From Dendrobates tinctorius (taxonomy: Eukaryota), in contig NW_027361906.1 of assembly GCF_039654945.1 (NCBI RefSeq), positions 2,728,001-2,792,000 on the forward strand: 64,000 nucleotides of DNA, read 5' to 3'. Positions 1 to 13,324 of the stretch are shown here, in pieces. The first letter of the stretch is position 1. Each line of letters begins with the position of its first letter. Both the position numbers and the translations under genes were made by a program. A model generated the notes under the pieces. It did no database searches. It was not told the origin of the DNA and saw only the letters and a list, made by a program, of their open reading frames with translations.

Positions 1-54
1 CCGATGTGTGCTGTTGCTGCAGAGTCTTGTGCTGGTGTCAGGTTTCTCCACTTG

Positions 55-736
55 TCCGGCGGTTGGAAGCCGGTGCTGCGGGTGCTCCGGTGCGGCGTTG
101 TGTGCCCATCGATGCCCGGGGCTCTGCCGACATTGTTCGACAGACCAGAGCCCCAGCATTTCCTCGGTTCCCTGTATATGTGCGCTGAAGTGCCGGTAAA
201 AAAAAAATGGCCGCCGGCGCGTGCGCAGATGGGATCTCGGGACCAGTTCTCGAGAGATGAGATCTGAAATCTCATCTCTCGAGAGCTGGATCCCGAGATC
301 CCATCTGCGCACGCGCGGCGGCCATTTTTTTGCAGGCACCACCGCGCGCACACAGGGAACCCAGGGAAAATGGCCGCCGGCGCGTGCGCAGATGGGATCT
401 CGGGACCCACCTCTCGAGAGATGAGATTTCAAATCTCATCTCTCGAGAACTGGGTCCCGAGATCCCATCTGCGCACGCGCCGGCGTCCATCTTTTTACCG
501 GCACACAGGGAACTGAGGAAATGCCGGGGCTCTGGCCTGTCACTCAATGTTGGCAGAGCCCCGGGCATCGACGGGCACACAACGCGGCACCGGACACACC
601 CGCAGCAGCGGCCAGCAACCGCCGGACGCCCCCGATCACAGCCTAGGTAAGGCATGTCCGCTTTGTAAGACGCACCCCTGTTTTCCCCCCAAATTTTGGG
701 GGGAAAAAAGTGCGTCTTACAAAGCGGAAAATACGG
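55..736. mobile_element. Right part of a non-autonomous Tc1/mariner-superfamily (pogo/Tc2-like) MITE with a branched internal palindrome
   Basis: Ends ...GTGCGTCTTACAAAGCGGAAAATACGG at 736 followed by TA. Outer inverted repeat ~55-200 vs ~495-630 encloses two hairpins (~204-328, ~367-495). The left end lies outside the window. Confidence 0.6.
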
Positions 737-2187
737 TATTTACAGCAGTCTCAGGGTATCCTATGTGATGTATACAGCAGTCTAGCTGTCTCTTATCTGA
801 TGTTTATCGAAATCTAAGATCCATAGAATGTATCCAGTGCAAGCAAGTCTGAGCAAGAGGCTTCCAAATAATATGAGTCCATGGCAGGTGGAGAGTGGAA
901 TCTCTTTGCATGATTGTGGGAGGCTTGAGATGAAGTGGGTATAATTATGATTCTTCCTCATGATAATAGTGTATAGCAGGTAAGGGCTGGCATATGATCA
1001 CAGGGGCAAGGTCAGATAACCGGTGTCCCGATGCCCACAAGTCTATTTTTTAATCATTTTTTGTATCAGTTCCTCACCATTCAAAAGATCTCTGCTTGCA
1101 GTTATTGAATGGGAATCTTCACTGTTTACTTACAACTGTTTGTGATGTCCTTCCGGGATCATATTAAATGCGGAATACTTTTTTTCTGCTCCTCTTCCTT
1201 GCCCCCTTTCTAACACTTTCATGCCTCCTAAATGGAAGAAACAATAGCTTTCAGAAGAAATACTGTAATGCTATTCATCCATGTGCCCATCATGTGACCA
1301 GATCATCTTCCTCGTGATCAACGCTTCTATTTACCGACAGCAAGCAGAGATCCTGAAAATGGTTAAGAATTGATGAGCAATGGTAAATTAGAAACGTTTC
1401 TAATGTTTTGAAACTATAATGCCCCTTTATATGAGGGAAGCCTATCCGCCTGTCATAGGGCTATATAAAAGGGTTTTCAGCGCCGCGGTACAGTCGCTAA
1501 AACCCACAAATGTCGACTCCTACTGTTTACAGGGAGTTTAAATCATTGGAACAATTACTGCTGATAAAAATTGCTACATTGGATAACCTTTATAAACAGT
1601 CAATAACTATAATAGTCTACTGGCTCTGAAACGTCCTCTCCTTATATAAACAGCCATGAATATGAATCGGAGCAGCTGTTAACATGATTTCCCTGAGAGC
1701 TTCGGAAATGGCTGGATAGAGAGCAGGAATGTCAGCCTGCGCAGCGCTAACAGCTGGGATTCTATTCTTCGCCTTTCTCTGGGGTTTTATGGACAGGCGG
1801 GATCCATAGTATTTATGGTATGGGACACGATAATGTCTAAAATGAATTAAATTAATAGAGTGAAAGTCAAAGCGCCAAGCAAACTGAGATCCAGGAAAAA
1901 AAAATGCAATATATTTGGTGGGAATGGTGCTGTAGCTTTCACAGCTCGCCATCTTCCATTTACTACTGTAAGCACTACTGTGGAAATACCAAACCCCGCG
2001 GTGACCCCGAGGCAAGGTATTAGCGATGATATGTACCACATACAATGGTTGGCACCAGGATAGAGCTACTCGTCCCACGTTCTGTATATGAGCTTAGAGT
2101 AAAGCTTCATCTTTACCTGGATGCTGTACTGATTGACTTCCTTTTATAGCTCTATGATAGAGCTCCAAATGTTATGGATAGACTTAA

Positions 2188-2694
2188 AGAGGATCTGTCA
2201 TCAGGGTTAAACAAATTAAACTAAAGGCATTGTCATAATGGCACTGATATATTGATTTAATTCATACTTTTAGTGAAGAAATCCATAGCCTGATTTTTAT
2301 AAAATCATCATTATAAGTTTTGGTCTCCGTGCATCGGGGCGGTACTGTGGGTAGGGTCTTCAGCTGTGTCATGGCCCCCTCAGCTGTCTAGCTTCTTCCT
2401 TATTCAAATTCCGTCCTATCTGCGTGTGGCGCTTGCACAGATTAATCTCTCAATGAGGTTCAATAAAAATGGCATCGGAAACGACTCATGCGCACATTGA
2501 TTTTCTGGCAGTGATCCAGAAAATGGCAGGTGCAGGTGGCTGCGCTTGCACAGATTTAGATCTCTGCTCAATGATGACACGGGATCTTAATCTGCGCATG
2601 CACTGCCACCTGCGACATTTTTCCAAAGACTGCTAGAACATCAATCTATGCATGGCTTTAGGTTAATATGTATAACCTTAATGACAGGTTTTCT
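2188..2694. mobile_element. Kolobok/T2-type MITE
   Basis: TTAA on both sides; imperfect TIRs AGAGGATCTGTCA / TGACAGGTTTTCT; internal palindromic tracts. Confidence 0.65.
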
Positions 2695-2929
2695 TTAAAC
2701 CTGTCCTTTCAGAAAAAAAAAATACAGAAAAGCACAGTCTTACTGACTTCATTATTCAAATCATGTTAAAACTTCTTTTGGTGCCCATACCAAACTAATA
2801 TATCCAGGAACCACCCCAGCATGCATTGTTCTTGCCATTGTCCAATGGCTTGCCTGCCCTAAACGGAAAGCCTGTCTTTCTATTTTATCTGTATCCATAT
2901 TGGCAGACAGGAGAGCAGGAGCATAGAGA

Positions 2930-3750
2930 CAATGATCTGTCGCCACTTCCTGTAAAGAAAAAAACCTGTCCTCACTTCCTGTTGAGAGAAAAAGACCTAT
3001 CCCCACTTCCTGTAAAGAGGCAAAAAAATATACCCACTTTCTCTAGACAAAGACCCATTCCCACTTCCTGTAGAGAACAAAGATCCAACACCACTTCCTG
3101 CACATAGACAAAGACCTAAACCCACTTATAGAGACAAAGACCAGCCCCTACTTTATGTAGAGTCAAGGAAGTATTGAACTTCCTGTAAAGAGACAATGAC
3201 CCACCACCACTTCCTGTAGAGAGATGAAGACCTGTCCCCACTTCCTGCACATAGACAAAGACCTAAACCCACTTATAGAGACAAAGACCAGCCCCTACTT
3301 TACACAGAGTCAAAGAAGTATTAAACTTCTAGTAAAGAGACAATGACCCACCACCACTTCCTGTAGAGAGATGAAGACCTGCCCCCACTTCCTGTCAAGG
3401 CAAATACCTAAACCCATTTCATATAGAGACAAAGAACCTGTCTTTACTTTCTCTAGCAGGAAAAAGACCCAATCTTACAGAGAGACAAAGACCCCACCCC
3501 ACTTCCTGCAGAGAGATAAACACTTAAGTTCCTGTAGACATCTAAAGACCTATTTGCACTTCCAGTGGAAAGACCAAGACCTAAACCCACTTCTTGTAGA
3601 CAGAAAAAGACCCACTTCCACTTTTTGCATAAAGACAAAGACTCAACCCCACTTTGTGTAGAGAGACAAATACCTGCCTAAATTCCTGTATGGAGACAAA
3701 GAAGCATGCCCACTTCCTGTAGTGAGACAATGACTCACCCCAACTTCAGA
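2930..3750 (+). repeat. Degenerate ~30-bp minisatellite (CCCACTTCCTGTAGAGAGACAAAGACC-like)
   Basis: Recurrent CCACTTCCTGT and GACAAAGACC motifs; a ~150-bp block occurs twice (~3090-3240 vs ~3240-3390). Confidence 0.8.
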
Positions 3751-4919
3751 CAGATTACACTTGACAACAGGCAGTGGGCAACAAGTTACACAGAAGGCAG
3801 TCATTTAGTGGTCAGTACCTTGGAGTTTTTTTTCCATGGGAGGGTGGGAAAGATGACATTATATTTACAAAAAAGTGATTTGCAGATTGTACGTTTAGTC
3901 ATTATCTATTAAATGAGATAGAGTTGTCTGAAAATACATTGATCACTTAAACTTTCCTCCCAACCACACTGGATCCTGTGGAATAGTCCTAAATTTGGGG
4001 AGCTGCCTCGTTGTACTGGGAGGTCGGGTGCATGTACTCATTGTAAGTGTATCCATTTCCTTGGAACATAGGTAAAGTTTAATATAATGATGGAGCAAGT
4101 AACCATCAGATCCTCGCGCTACCATTCTGTCTTTGTAAAGACTGAAGGCCCTGCCAGCATCTTCAGGTCATGTGACAATCTCAAGTAACTTGTCTGTGGG
4201 GCCGAGAGGCATCATACATTGTGGGCAGCTGTGAGGGCATTATACTGTGTATTGGAGGCTTCTATTGTGTAGGGGACTGTGAGGGTATCATACTGTGTGG
4301 TGACGCCTTGACAGCATCATGCTGTAGTGGAAACCTACGTTGTATGTGGGAGGGCTACGCAGGTAACATACTGTGTGGAGGGCTTTGGGGGCATCATGGA
4401 CGGAATGGGAGTGAAATTCAGCCCTGACATTTGAAAGCACACAGTCCCATGTTGTTCCTCCCCCCCAATGCTTCATTTCAGCTTCACCCTGAGGACACTG
4501 ATACTGTTAACAGTAAAGCAGACAATGCCGCCCACAACTGGACTAGCCCACTTGGCATTTGCAAGAATTGCCAGATTGCCAGTCCAGCCCTGGGGGCATC
4601 ATACTGTGTTGAATGCATTGGGGCGTCATACTGTATGCGAGATCCGAGTACAGGACATAATACTGTGAGGACCTCATATTGTGTGAGGGAGCATTAAATT
4701 GTGTGGAGGTACTATGAGAAAACCGTAATATTTTGAGGGGATTGTGTGATCATACTGTGTGGGGCCAGCAATTCATACACATAAAGAATTAGGGACTCCC
4801 GAGCTTGGCTCCCACTGTGGCAAGACACCCAGAAAGTGACACAGGAATGGAATCAAGATGTCAGTCACTATTTTATACTCCCATCAGATCTGGCAGAGTA
4901 ATCCTAGAGATGGATTCAT

Positions 4920-6620
4920 TTTAAGATAAAAGACCCCATAACCATATGACCCAAAGTCATATCATCTAACCAGAACCCTAAATTATCAGACCTAAGACCA
5001 GATCCCTATATTTATCAAACCTCAGAAGTGTAAATTCATGAGATCCCAGACCAAAGCTATACATTCATGAGACCAAACAAAGTTCAAACAGACCCCTAAA
5101 ATCATTAAGAAGTTCAGAACAAACCGCTATATTCATCATACCCTAGAGCAGACCTCTAATTTAATTAGACCCCCCAACTAGACCCCTAAATTAGCAAACC
5201 CCAGATTAGACCTCTAAGGCTGAGTTCACACGTGGCTTTTTTTCGCGTTTCCGCGGCAGTTTTAACCGCGCGATTTTGCAGTGAAAACGCGAAAAATAAG
5301 CATCCAATGCATTCCTATGGGATTCCGCAATGCTGTGCTAATGCTGCGGTTTTTACCGCGGCGGAATCGCTTCGCGGTAAAAACCGCAGCATGCTCATTA
5401 TTTTGCGGAATCGCGGCGATCCCGCACCCATAGGAATGCATTGTTCCGCTTATTTCCCGCATGTGGCTCTGCACACCATGCGGAAAGTAAGCAGAACAAT
5501 TGCGGATGGTACCCACGGTCCGGAGGAGAGGAGACTGTCCTCCGGGCTTTGGGTACCATATCCCTGTAAAAAAAAGAATTTAAAATAAAAAATATTGTTA
5601 TTCTTACCCTCCGACGTCCCGCGCAGGCTTCCCGCTTATCTTCACGCTCCCGTTCCCAGTAGTCCTTTGCGAAAATGCCCGCGATGGCGTCCGATCTCGC
5701 GGGATCGCGAAGTCTCGCGGTAATTCGTGCAACGTCATCGCGAATTACCGCGAGACGTCGCGTTCCCGCGAGAACTGACGTCATCGCGGGCATTTTCGCA
5801 AAGGACTACTGGGAACGGATGCGCGGGACGTCGGAAGGTAAGAATAACACCATTTTTTATTTTTTTTTTTACATTCTATCTTTTACTACTGATGCTGCAT
5901 AGGCGGCCTCAGTAGTAAAAAGGTGGTCACACTCGTCAAACACTATGTTTGACGAGTGTGACCAATCTGTCAATCAGTTCTCCAAGCGATGCTACAGAAC
6001 GCTTGGAGAACGCTAGCATTTTGCAAGCTAAATACGCTTGCAAAATGCTAGTTTTTCCGCGGGAAAATCGCGGGAATTTAAAATGCGATTTTCCCGCGGA
6101 CTGGAATTTCGGAATTCTCGCGGTAATTTCCGCGAGAGTTCCGGTACGTGTGCACTTAGCCTTAATTAGAAGATTCAGACCCCAAACCTAACCCATAAAT
6201 TAAGAGATCCCATACTAGACAACTATACTATCAGACCCTTAAATTCATCACACTCAAGACCAATCCATTAAATTATCAGGACCCTAAATTCATCAGTCTC
6301 CAGATTCAACCCTCAAATTTATTAGACCCCAGACCAAATTATCAGATTGCATACCAAACCCCTAAATTGTCAAATCCTAGACCAGAAATCTAAATGATCA
6401 AACCTTAAACTTGATCCAGCCCCAGTCTAAACGCCTAATTTATCAGGCCCCTAAATTCATCATTATCTACACCAGACCCGTAAAATATCAGATTCAACAC
6501 CAAAACTCTAAATTATCAGATTAATACAGACCTCTAAATTATCAGACTCTAGATCACACCTAAGAATTATAACACCTTAGACCAGACCAAACAAAAATTC
6601 ACACCCTAGCTCAGACTCCA
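4920..6620 (+). repeat. Degenerate AGACCCC/CCTAAATTCATC tandem repeat, interrupted by a MITE
   Basis: Recurring CAGACCCC...CCTAAATT(A/C)ATCAGA units on both sides of the 5218-6161 insertion. Confidence 0.65.
5218..6161. mobile_element. PIF/Harbinger-type MITE
   Basis: TAA|GGCTGAGTTCACACGT ... ACGTGTGCACTTAGCC|TTA; CpG-rich internal palindrome ~5595-5850. Confidence 0.8.
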
Positions 6621-6805
6621 CTATACTTAAGTCTTACTCTTTGGTCTTCCTGGTCTTCTTCGTGCGACGACACTGTGTTATCAACAGCCTTCTTAAGACC
6701 GGTGGGCCTGTAGTGGTCACTATGGCTGCTATTGGAATAGTTGATGGCAAAGATAAGAAATTCTGAGATGTTTTCATCTTGGGTGACATTCTTGGACTTC
6801 CTCTA

Positions 6806-7710
6806 TCTTATCAATAGAAGTTCGAAAATCCAGACTATCTAGCAGGGAAATAGGCTAGGCAACCAGATACTGAGAGAGGCTGGTAACTTAGCGGATTACA
6901 GACCCCTAAACTGCCAACACAACTAGAATTAGCCGTGGGACGTACCTACGATGCCCTAGACGCCTCGACACAGCCGAAGAGTTAACTAAGCCTAAAGAGA
7001 GAAAGGGGAAAGCTAAACTGCCCCGGAGTAGAACCCCAAAGGAATAGATAGCCCCCAAACATATATTGCCGGTGAGACAAGATGGGGCACAAAACACAGG
7101 CAGAAAATAGAGTAAGCAAATGATGGGGCCCAAACTGTCTAGATAGAACAGGACAGGAAAGGATACTGTCTGCAATCATGCAAAAACCCTAAGAAAAATT
7201 CCAACACGTCTGATATGCAAAAATACTGAGGCCACACGACCTCTCCCCTACTAAATCAGAACTCTGGTGTGAACTGGAAGCTAAACAACAGATACTGAAA
7301 TAACAGGGGACTAGAAATACTGGAAAGACTGACATAAGCTGTGGCAAATGAAACAGAGTCCAGCACAGGTCCCAGCAGGGAACCCGGCTGAACTCACACC
7401 AGCAAGGCAGAAATCAGAGAAAAGCAAAAAATGGAACAAATGCAAAAAATTCAAGCAGAGAAATAACTTACCTGAAAGATGCAGGGCAAAGCAGGAGGCA
7501 AGCAGACTTCCAAAATGCTCAGGAAGACAACCAAATCACCAGCAACAACTGAGGGAAGGCTGCTCACTTAAATCTCTCCAGTCTGTAACACCTGACCTCC
7601 AATTATCCTCCTCAGGTGATTGACTTCTGTCAGCCAGACCAACTTCATTACCCGCAGCAACCACCAGAGGGAGCCCAAACTCGGAAGCCAGATCAAAAGT
7701 GTTCACAACA
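6806..7710 (-). mobile_element. Solo LTR of a Gypsy/chromovirus family related to the 12352-18189 element
   Basis: Minus strand begins TGTTGTGAAC. Shares U5 blocks (GGGGTCTG.AATCCGCTA, CCCACGGCTA, GAGG.GTCTAGG) and the GCTGGTGAT motif with the full element's LTR. Left boundary approximate; no clear TSD. Confidence 0.75.
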
Positions 7711-9299
7711 CCTGACACTTTATTAATTCAGCTTAAGTGATACATAAAGATGGATGAAATAGGATTTATCACTTTGTCTGCAGAGGAACAGACTTTTGTC
7801 TCAGGTCTTGGATACACAGATCCCAACCCCGACCCCGAGGAAGAGTTTACAGCTTAATTCCATTCACTGGAAACCAGAACAGTCCTAGTGTTTATTCCAT
7901 GGATGCAATGTTATATACAAAACCACCAGTGAATCATGCATAACCCTTCTTCAAGCAGAAGGCCGTGTCATCCTCGTTAATAATCCCATAGTTTAACCAT
8001 GCGGTAGACATAAACTGAGCAGACGGCATAATGTAGCTCCGTATATTCAGTCATCAGTATTTATGGAGTTTGTCTCCAGCCCTGAGAATGAGCTTTACAT
8101 TAATTTCATGGCCTATATAATTCACAGAAAACATCAAAGTCCCCAGAAAAAAGAAGCAGCGGAATGATTAAAATACCAGTGAGGCATTATGGGTATTTCC
8201 GCGATCACTTAATGAAGGAATTCTCATTGTGTCTGATTTCCCATGTTTAATTAATTTGTGCTCCAGTGAAAACAGAAAACATTTGTGGTCAGAGGCTGTG
8301 TAAACGAACTTAAGACGAGAGGGAATCCATCCATTAGTCATTATTATGCTGTGAGCCATACTTTGTAAGATCTGGTGTTAATAGTTATTATGGGCTGTGG
8401 ATGGGGGATTCAGATGTTCCAATGAAAAGTTATTACACCTCAAATATAATTTTGGTGGAATCCTTCCCTAGTGGAGAGCATGCATTTTTCTTATTGGCCA
8501 GGGCTCTCCACACCTCTTCCACGCCCCTGCGGAGCCTCTACGACCCACGCTTTACTTTGTTTGAAATCTGGAAGCTCCTGGTATCATACGTAAGAAAACT
8601 TGCAGCATTACATAAGGTTTTAACGGTGCCTGTGAGATTTCCCAACTCTTCCAGGAGCCGGCAGGGTCTCCCCTTTTTAAAGGAGCCTCCCAAATGGCCT
8701 GGAAGAGTTGCCCAACATTCCCAAATAATTATAGGCTATAGATCTAATCTGTGGTTCTCAGAATGTTGCAAAACTACTACCGCCAGAATCTTCTGGTAGT
8801 CTGGATCAGTGGCTGGCCTGGCTGCCATTAGAGGGGCATTGTGGATAGCAATTAGGTTCATAGTGGCTAATGTTGGAGACGCCTTGCTAATTTTTGTGGG
8901 CTAGCTCTGCACACTGCAGTATAAGTTTACACGGTCTCGGTATATACCACAAAGTATATCACATACCCTTCATTAACTCTTGACCACCTCTTACCACCCT
9001 TGGCCATGATGAAGTAATGATGGACTTGGATCATAGACCAGGAAATATTGATGAAATACTCCTCATTGTTCATTATGGTTGCAGATTTTGCCACCTAGCA
9101 CAGAAGAGTCCGGTGTTTTGTTTTGAATTTTTGTTTGTGATCCTAGGCTCAATTTTCATTTTTGTAATCTTTGGGCCAAATCCTACACAAGTTCATAGCA
9201 AAGGTGATGAGACCAATGAATAGATGGGTATTTTATGGAGGGAGTGAAGGAAAACCACAATTTAATTACCGCAGTTACATAAAATATGGATAGAAATAT

Positions 9300-10750
9300 A
9301 GGGCATGATGGGAAAGGGAAAGGAAGCTAGGCAAGAGATGGATGAAATTGATTTTTTTTGGAGGGAGGATGGCATAGGAGAGAATATGATAGAATTGGAA
9401 TAGATCGGGTGTGATAACCAAGGTTGGGATAGTATATAAATTGGATTTGAAGATATAACTCATAGGATCAATGGGATCAGACTGGAGAAGCTAGGATGGC
9501 ATAGACTGCATGGAATTAATATGGTATGAAGAAATGGGATTAGATTAGATAAAATAGAATAAAATGGGATGGAATTGAAACTAATGGTATGGGATGAGTT
9601 AGACAAATTTGCAATGGCATATTATAGGTTGGGATTCGACAGGATGAAACAAGATGGAGACATATAAAAACCAAGGATGAAATTAAAAGAATTGGATGGG
9701 AGTAGAAGGGATGATGTAGCATAGGATAAGATGAGATGATTTAGGTAGAATAGGATGGAACTTGATGAAAAGTACAGATGGAATTATCAGAATAGAATAT
9801 GATGGGATGATGTGTGATGGAAAGGGCTAGGATGGATGGGAATAGAGTAGGATAGCATATACTGATACAGAATAAAGTGTCATATGATAGATTAGGAGAG
9901 AAGATGAACATATATAATGAGGCAAGAAGAGAAATAATGAAAACCAAGTATGAAATACGTGAGATAGGATGGAATGAGATGGAATCAGAGTTTCCAGTTT
10001 TTCAAAATATCAACAATATTTTTTTCGGACACATTGGAAAACCATATTAATTAATTGTGACTATAAGTGATATATGTCTACAGCCAATATTTCTGACATC
10101 AGCTACATACATCAGCTACATTCATTGTAAACTATAAAATGATGATAATTAAAGTCAAAATAATCTGTATAAAGTTTCTTCAACTTCAAAAAAAAAATCA
10201 CAGATGCCTTTAATTTTTTTTACGGACAGGTCAATAAAGCGACCTCTTTTTACGGACTGTTTTGAAATTTCGAAACAGCGGACAACCCTGGATGGAACAA
10301 GTTAGGATGGGATACAATTAATTTCTACAGGACTGGTTTGTATAGAGTGGTGCAGGATTAGTTAGGATCAGGAACAATAGAAATTAAGGATAAAATGAAT
10401 GGGATAAAATGGATCGATATGGAATAGCGTAGATAAGAGAGGATGGATTGGGATAGAACGGGTAGGATGGCAGTGGACGAAAATTAAGAATGTAATTGAT
10501 AGAATAGGATGGGGTGTTATGGGATAATATAGGATGGATTGGAAAACAAAGGGAGAGGATGGTAAAAGGATAAGATAGGAAAGGTTGGGATGGAAAAGGA
10601 TGGGATAGCACGGACTGACAGAAAATGGAAAGGGGTTGCATGACGTAGGGTGGGAAAAACTGGAAACTTAGATATGATTAGGATAGGATGGTGTGAGATG
10701 AGGATGGCATAAAATGTCCTAGGATAGGATCACATAGGATGGGAAATGAG
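9300..10750 (+). repeat. Degenerate purine-rich (GGATA/GGATG/AGAAT)n simple repeat
   Basis: Strongly strand-biased pentamer-like tract, interrupted at 9986-10290. Confidence 0.75.
9986..10290. mobile_element. hAT-type MITE inserted in the simple repeat
   Basis: Termini CAGAGTTTCC / GGACAACCCTG; flanking 8-mers GATGGAAT / GATGGAAC (7/8 TSD). Confidence 0.65.
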
Positions 10751-12351
10751 ATACTTTTGTTGTTAAGCCATATAAAGGTTAGATTACACTTTCCAATATC
10801 CGCTAAGAAGTCTTCTGCAAACCCTTTCATGGTCTTCACCATCGTTAACGCCTTTTTTTAACTTATGCTTGACACATTGTATATATTGCATGGAGCTAGG
10901 TAACATTCCTATGTGGAGAATATAATTCAGAAAGCAATAAAATTGGTGGAAAGCTTTATAAGCGCTGGATAACATCACCACCAATATCCGGCCCATTCCT
11001 ACAGTATTTGGGCTATTCATTATAGCTTTAGCTACGGACTGAGGATCGTTTTTTTCCGTGAGAGTCTATAAATGGCGGCTGCTTGGTGTCGTACACAAAT
11101 TTATAACAGGCCATGAAGATAAAAAATGCTTTCATCTGCAAGACGTAGCTACAAGAATTAAGACGTCTGAAATGCCTTATTTGTCTCCGCAGCAAGAATT
11201 TCGAGGCTCGCCTCCTCTGCTCATGCTGGGTTATTGGAGGAAATGTACAAAGATAGGAACGTAATGCTACCTGTTATCTCTCATGAGGACAGATTGACTG
11301 CTAATGTTGCAGAAAATAATATAAAAGTCACGTGGAACAGGAAAATATACATCAATATATCTTTTTCAGATGTTCTTTACGATGCAGAATGTAAAAAAAA
11401 TGACTTCTTGCTATCTGGAAACCATCAGCAAGCTGGTGATAATGGATCTGTTTTTCTAACTTTTTTATCTTAAAGACGTTAGATTTTGCATTTACTGTTT
11501 TATATTGTTTATATACTGTATAGATCACCAATATATTATGCATCATCATACCCAGGTTGTTTCTGTACTCACATGGGCTTATCTATTATGCCTTTGCCAT
11601 TCAGGCAGAATTTATAAGAAGTCTAATAATATAAATGTGATCTAACAACATAAGAGGAAACCAAATTAGCAAAAAAAAAAAAAACAAACACAAGAAAAAC
11701 ATAAAAAGTCCATAAAAATCTTCTGATCAGATTTGAGCCTGTGCGGCAAGGAAACTTTGGTAACCAGTAAGTACCCCAATGTTGCTTTGATTAGGAAGCT
11801 TTGAGTGGTAGCCAACCATATTTTTAGAGATTTGGAGAAACTACCAGAAGGATAAGATACAGAAGAACACACTTTATTCAGTTGTATTTTGTTGGTCCTG
11901 GACAACAATGCTAACGACTAAGCCACCAGATCCTTAGACAAGATATGGAAACAGAAATGTTAGCAAATTCTAGAAACTGAAGGAACCTATTCACAGGTTT
12001 GAAACTACGATTCCAAATTTAAAGGCATTCCTAGAGTTGTTCTTTCCAAACAGCTGGTGCTCTACAGATTGGAGAACATTGGAGACGCATGTGTTTCTGG
12101 GCTTTATACTGGGAGCAGTTGAAGATTTGACCTCATTGCTTGACTAGTTAGTCTACTCTAGATCCCTTGTTTTAGTAAATTATGTTCCCTTAGTAGAGTC
12201 ACAAGTTATGGTGTCAACACTTCTTAAGTATCCATCTTACTAATGACTTGAGTTCCTCAATTAACTCCCAATCCAACGCCTTCTGTATTGACCACCAATA
12301 TGTCCATGTGCTCACTCAATCCAAAGGGTGGGAACCACTGCTTTATCCTAA

Positions 12352-13181
12352 TGTTATGAGCTCATTTTCTCCTTCACCTTTGATGTCCGATGAACTCCCT
12401 CTGCTGGTGAAAGGAGGTAGTGAGATTGATTTGGATGGGAAAAACCTGTCATCTGAACAGGTGGAGTGTGATTGGACATCCGGAATCTCTGAGTGGATAT
12501 AAGGCCGCCGATGCCCTGCTGGGTTGCTGGTGATCCTTTCTGCTCTGAGCTCTGGCCTCCAGTTTAGTCCTGTCTACTAAAGCTAAGTTTTTGCTCTGCT
12601 ATTGTTCCATGAGATTTTGTCTGTTTACTTAGTGTTTTTGTTCAGTCAGCCCTGGTTGGGACTGGCTGAACTCCATTTTTGTCTCTGATCAGTTGATCTC
12701 TTTGCTCTGTTTTCAGAATATACCTGAGTGCTGATATAGTGATTTTGGAGTCTAGTGACTTCAGGGCCTTTTCTATCAGACGTGTTGGACATTATTTTTG
12801 GCAGGGTTTTTGTGTGATTGCAGATAGTTGCTTTTCTTTCCTGTCCTATCTAGTTAGTGAGGGCCCCATTGTTTGCTCAGCCTGTCTTTCTGTCTGTGTT
12901 TGTGTTTTCATCTGTTTTCACCGTCAATACATGTTGGGGGCTGTCCATTGCTTTGGGGTCTGCTCTGGGGCAGTTTAGATTTCCCCTTTCTGTCTTTAGG
13001 TTTATTTAGTTCTCCGGCTGTGAACGAGGTGTCTAGGACCACCATAGGAACACCCCACGGCTACTGTTAGTTGCTGTGAATAGGATCAGGGGTCTGCAAT
13101 CCGCTAGCTACCAACCTCTCCGGTTTTCTGGACTTAGCTTGTATTTTTTTTTTTTCCTCCTCCAGTGACTCATTCATAACA
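12352..13181 (+). repeat. 5' LTR
   Basis: TGTTATGAG...TTCATAACA; TATAA at 12498-12502. Confidence 0.95.
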
Positions 13182-13192
13182 GAATCACCAGC
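13182..13192 (+). promoter_or_regulatory. Non-tRNA primer-binding site (self-priming type)
   Basis: GAATCACCAGC immediately follows the 5' LTR; no TGG; ATCACCAGC is complementary to GCTGGTGAT at 12526-12534. Confidence 0.7.
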
Positions 13193-13324
13193 CATACTGC
13201 AGATTCTAGGGTACTCAATAGCAGGAAAGAATTGTAAAAAAAAAAAAAAAAAAAAAAGTGTCAGAATTTTTTTTATGTATGTTTTTCCCTCTTTTTCTCT
13301 GGGGCCGTAGGAGGAATTTTCTTA

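Noticed and set aside
4-768. Multiple overlapping ORFs
   Set aside because: Artefact of a GC-rich palindromic MITE; the same applies to 5232-6191 and 55062-55658
11700-12345. Possible old L1/Tx1 LINE remnant split by the Gypsy (continuing 18190-18650)
   Set aside because: Could not recover convincing protein motifs by eye
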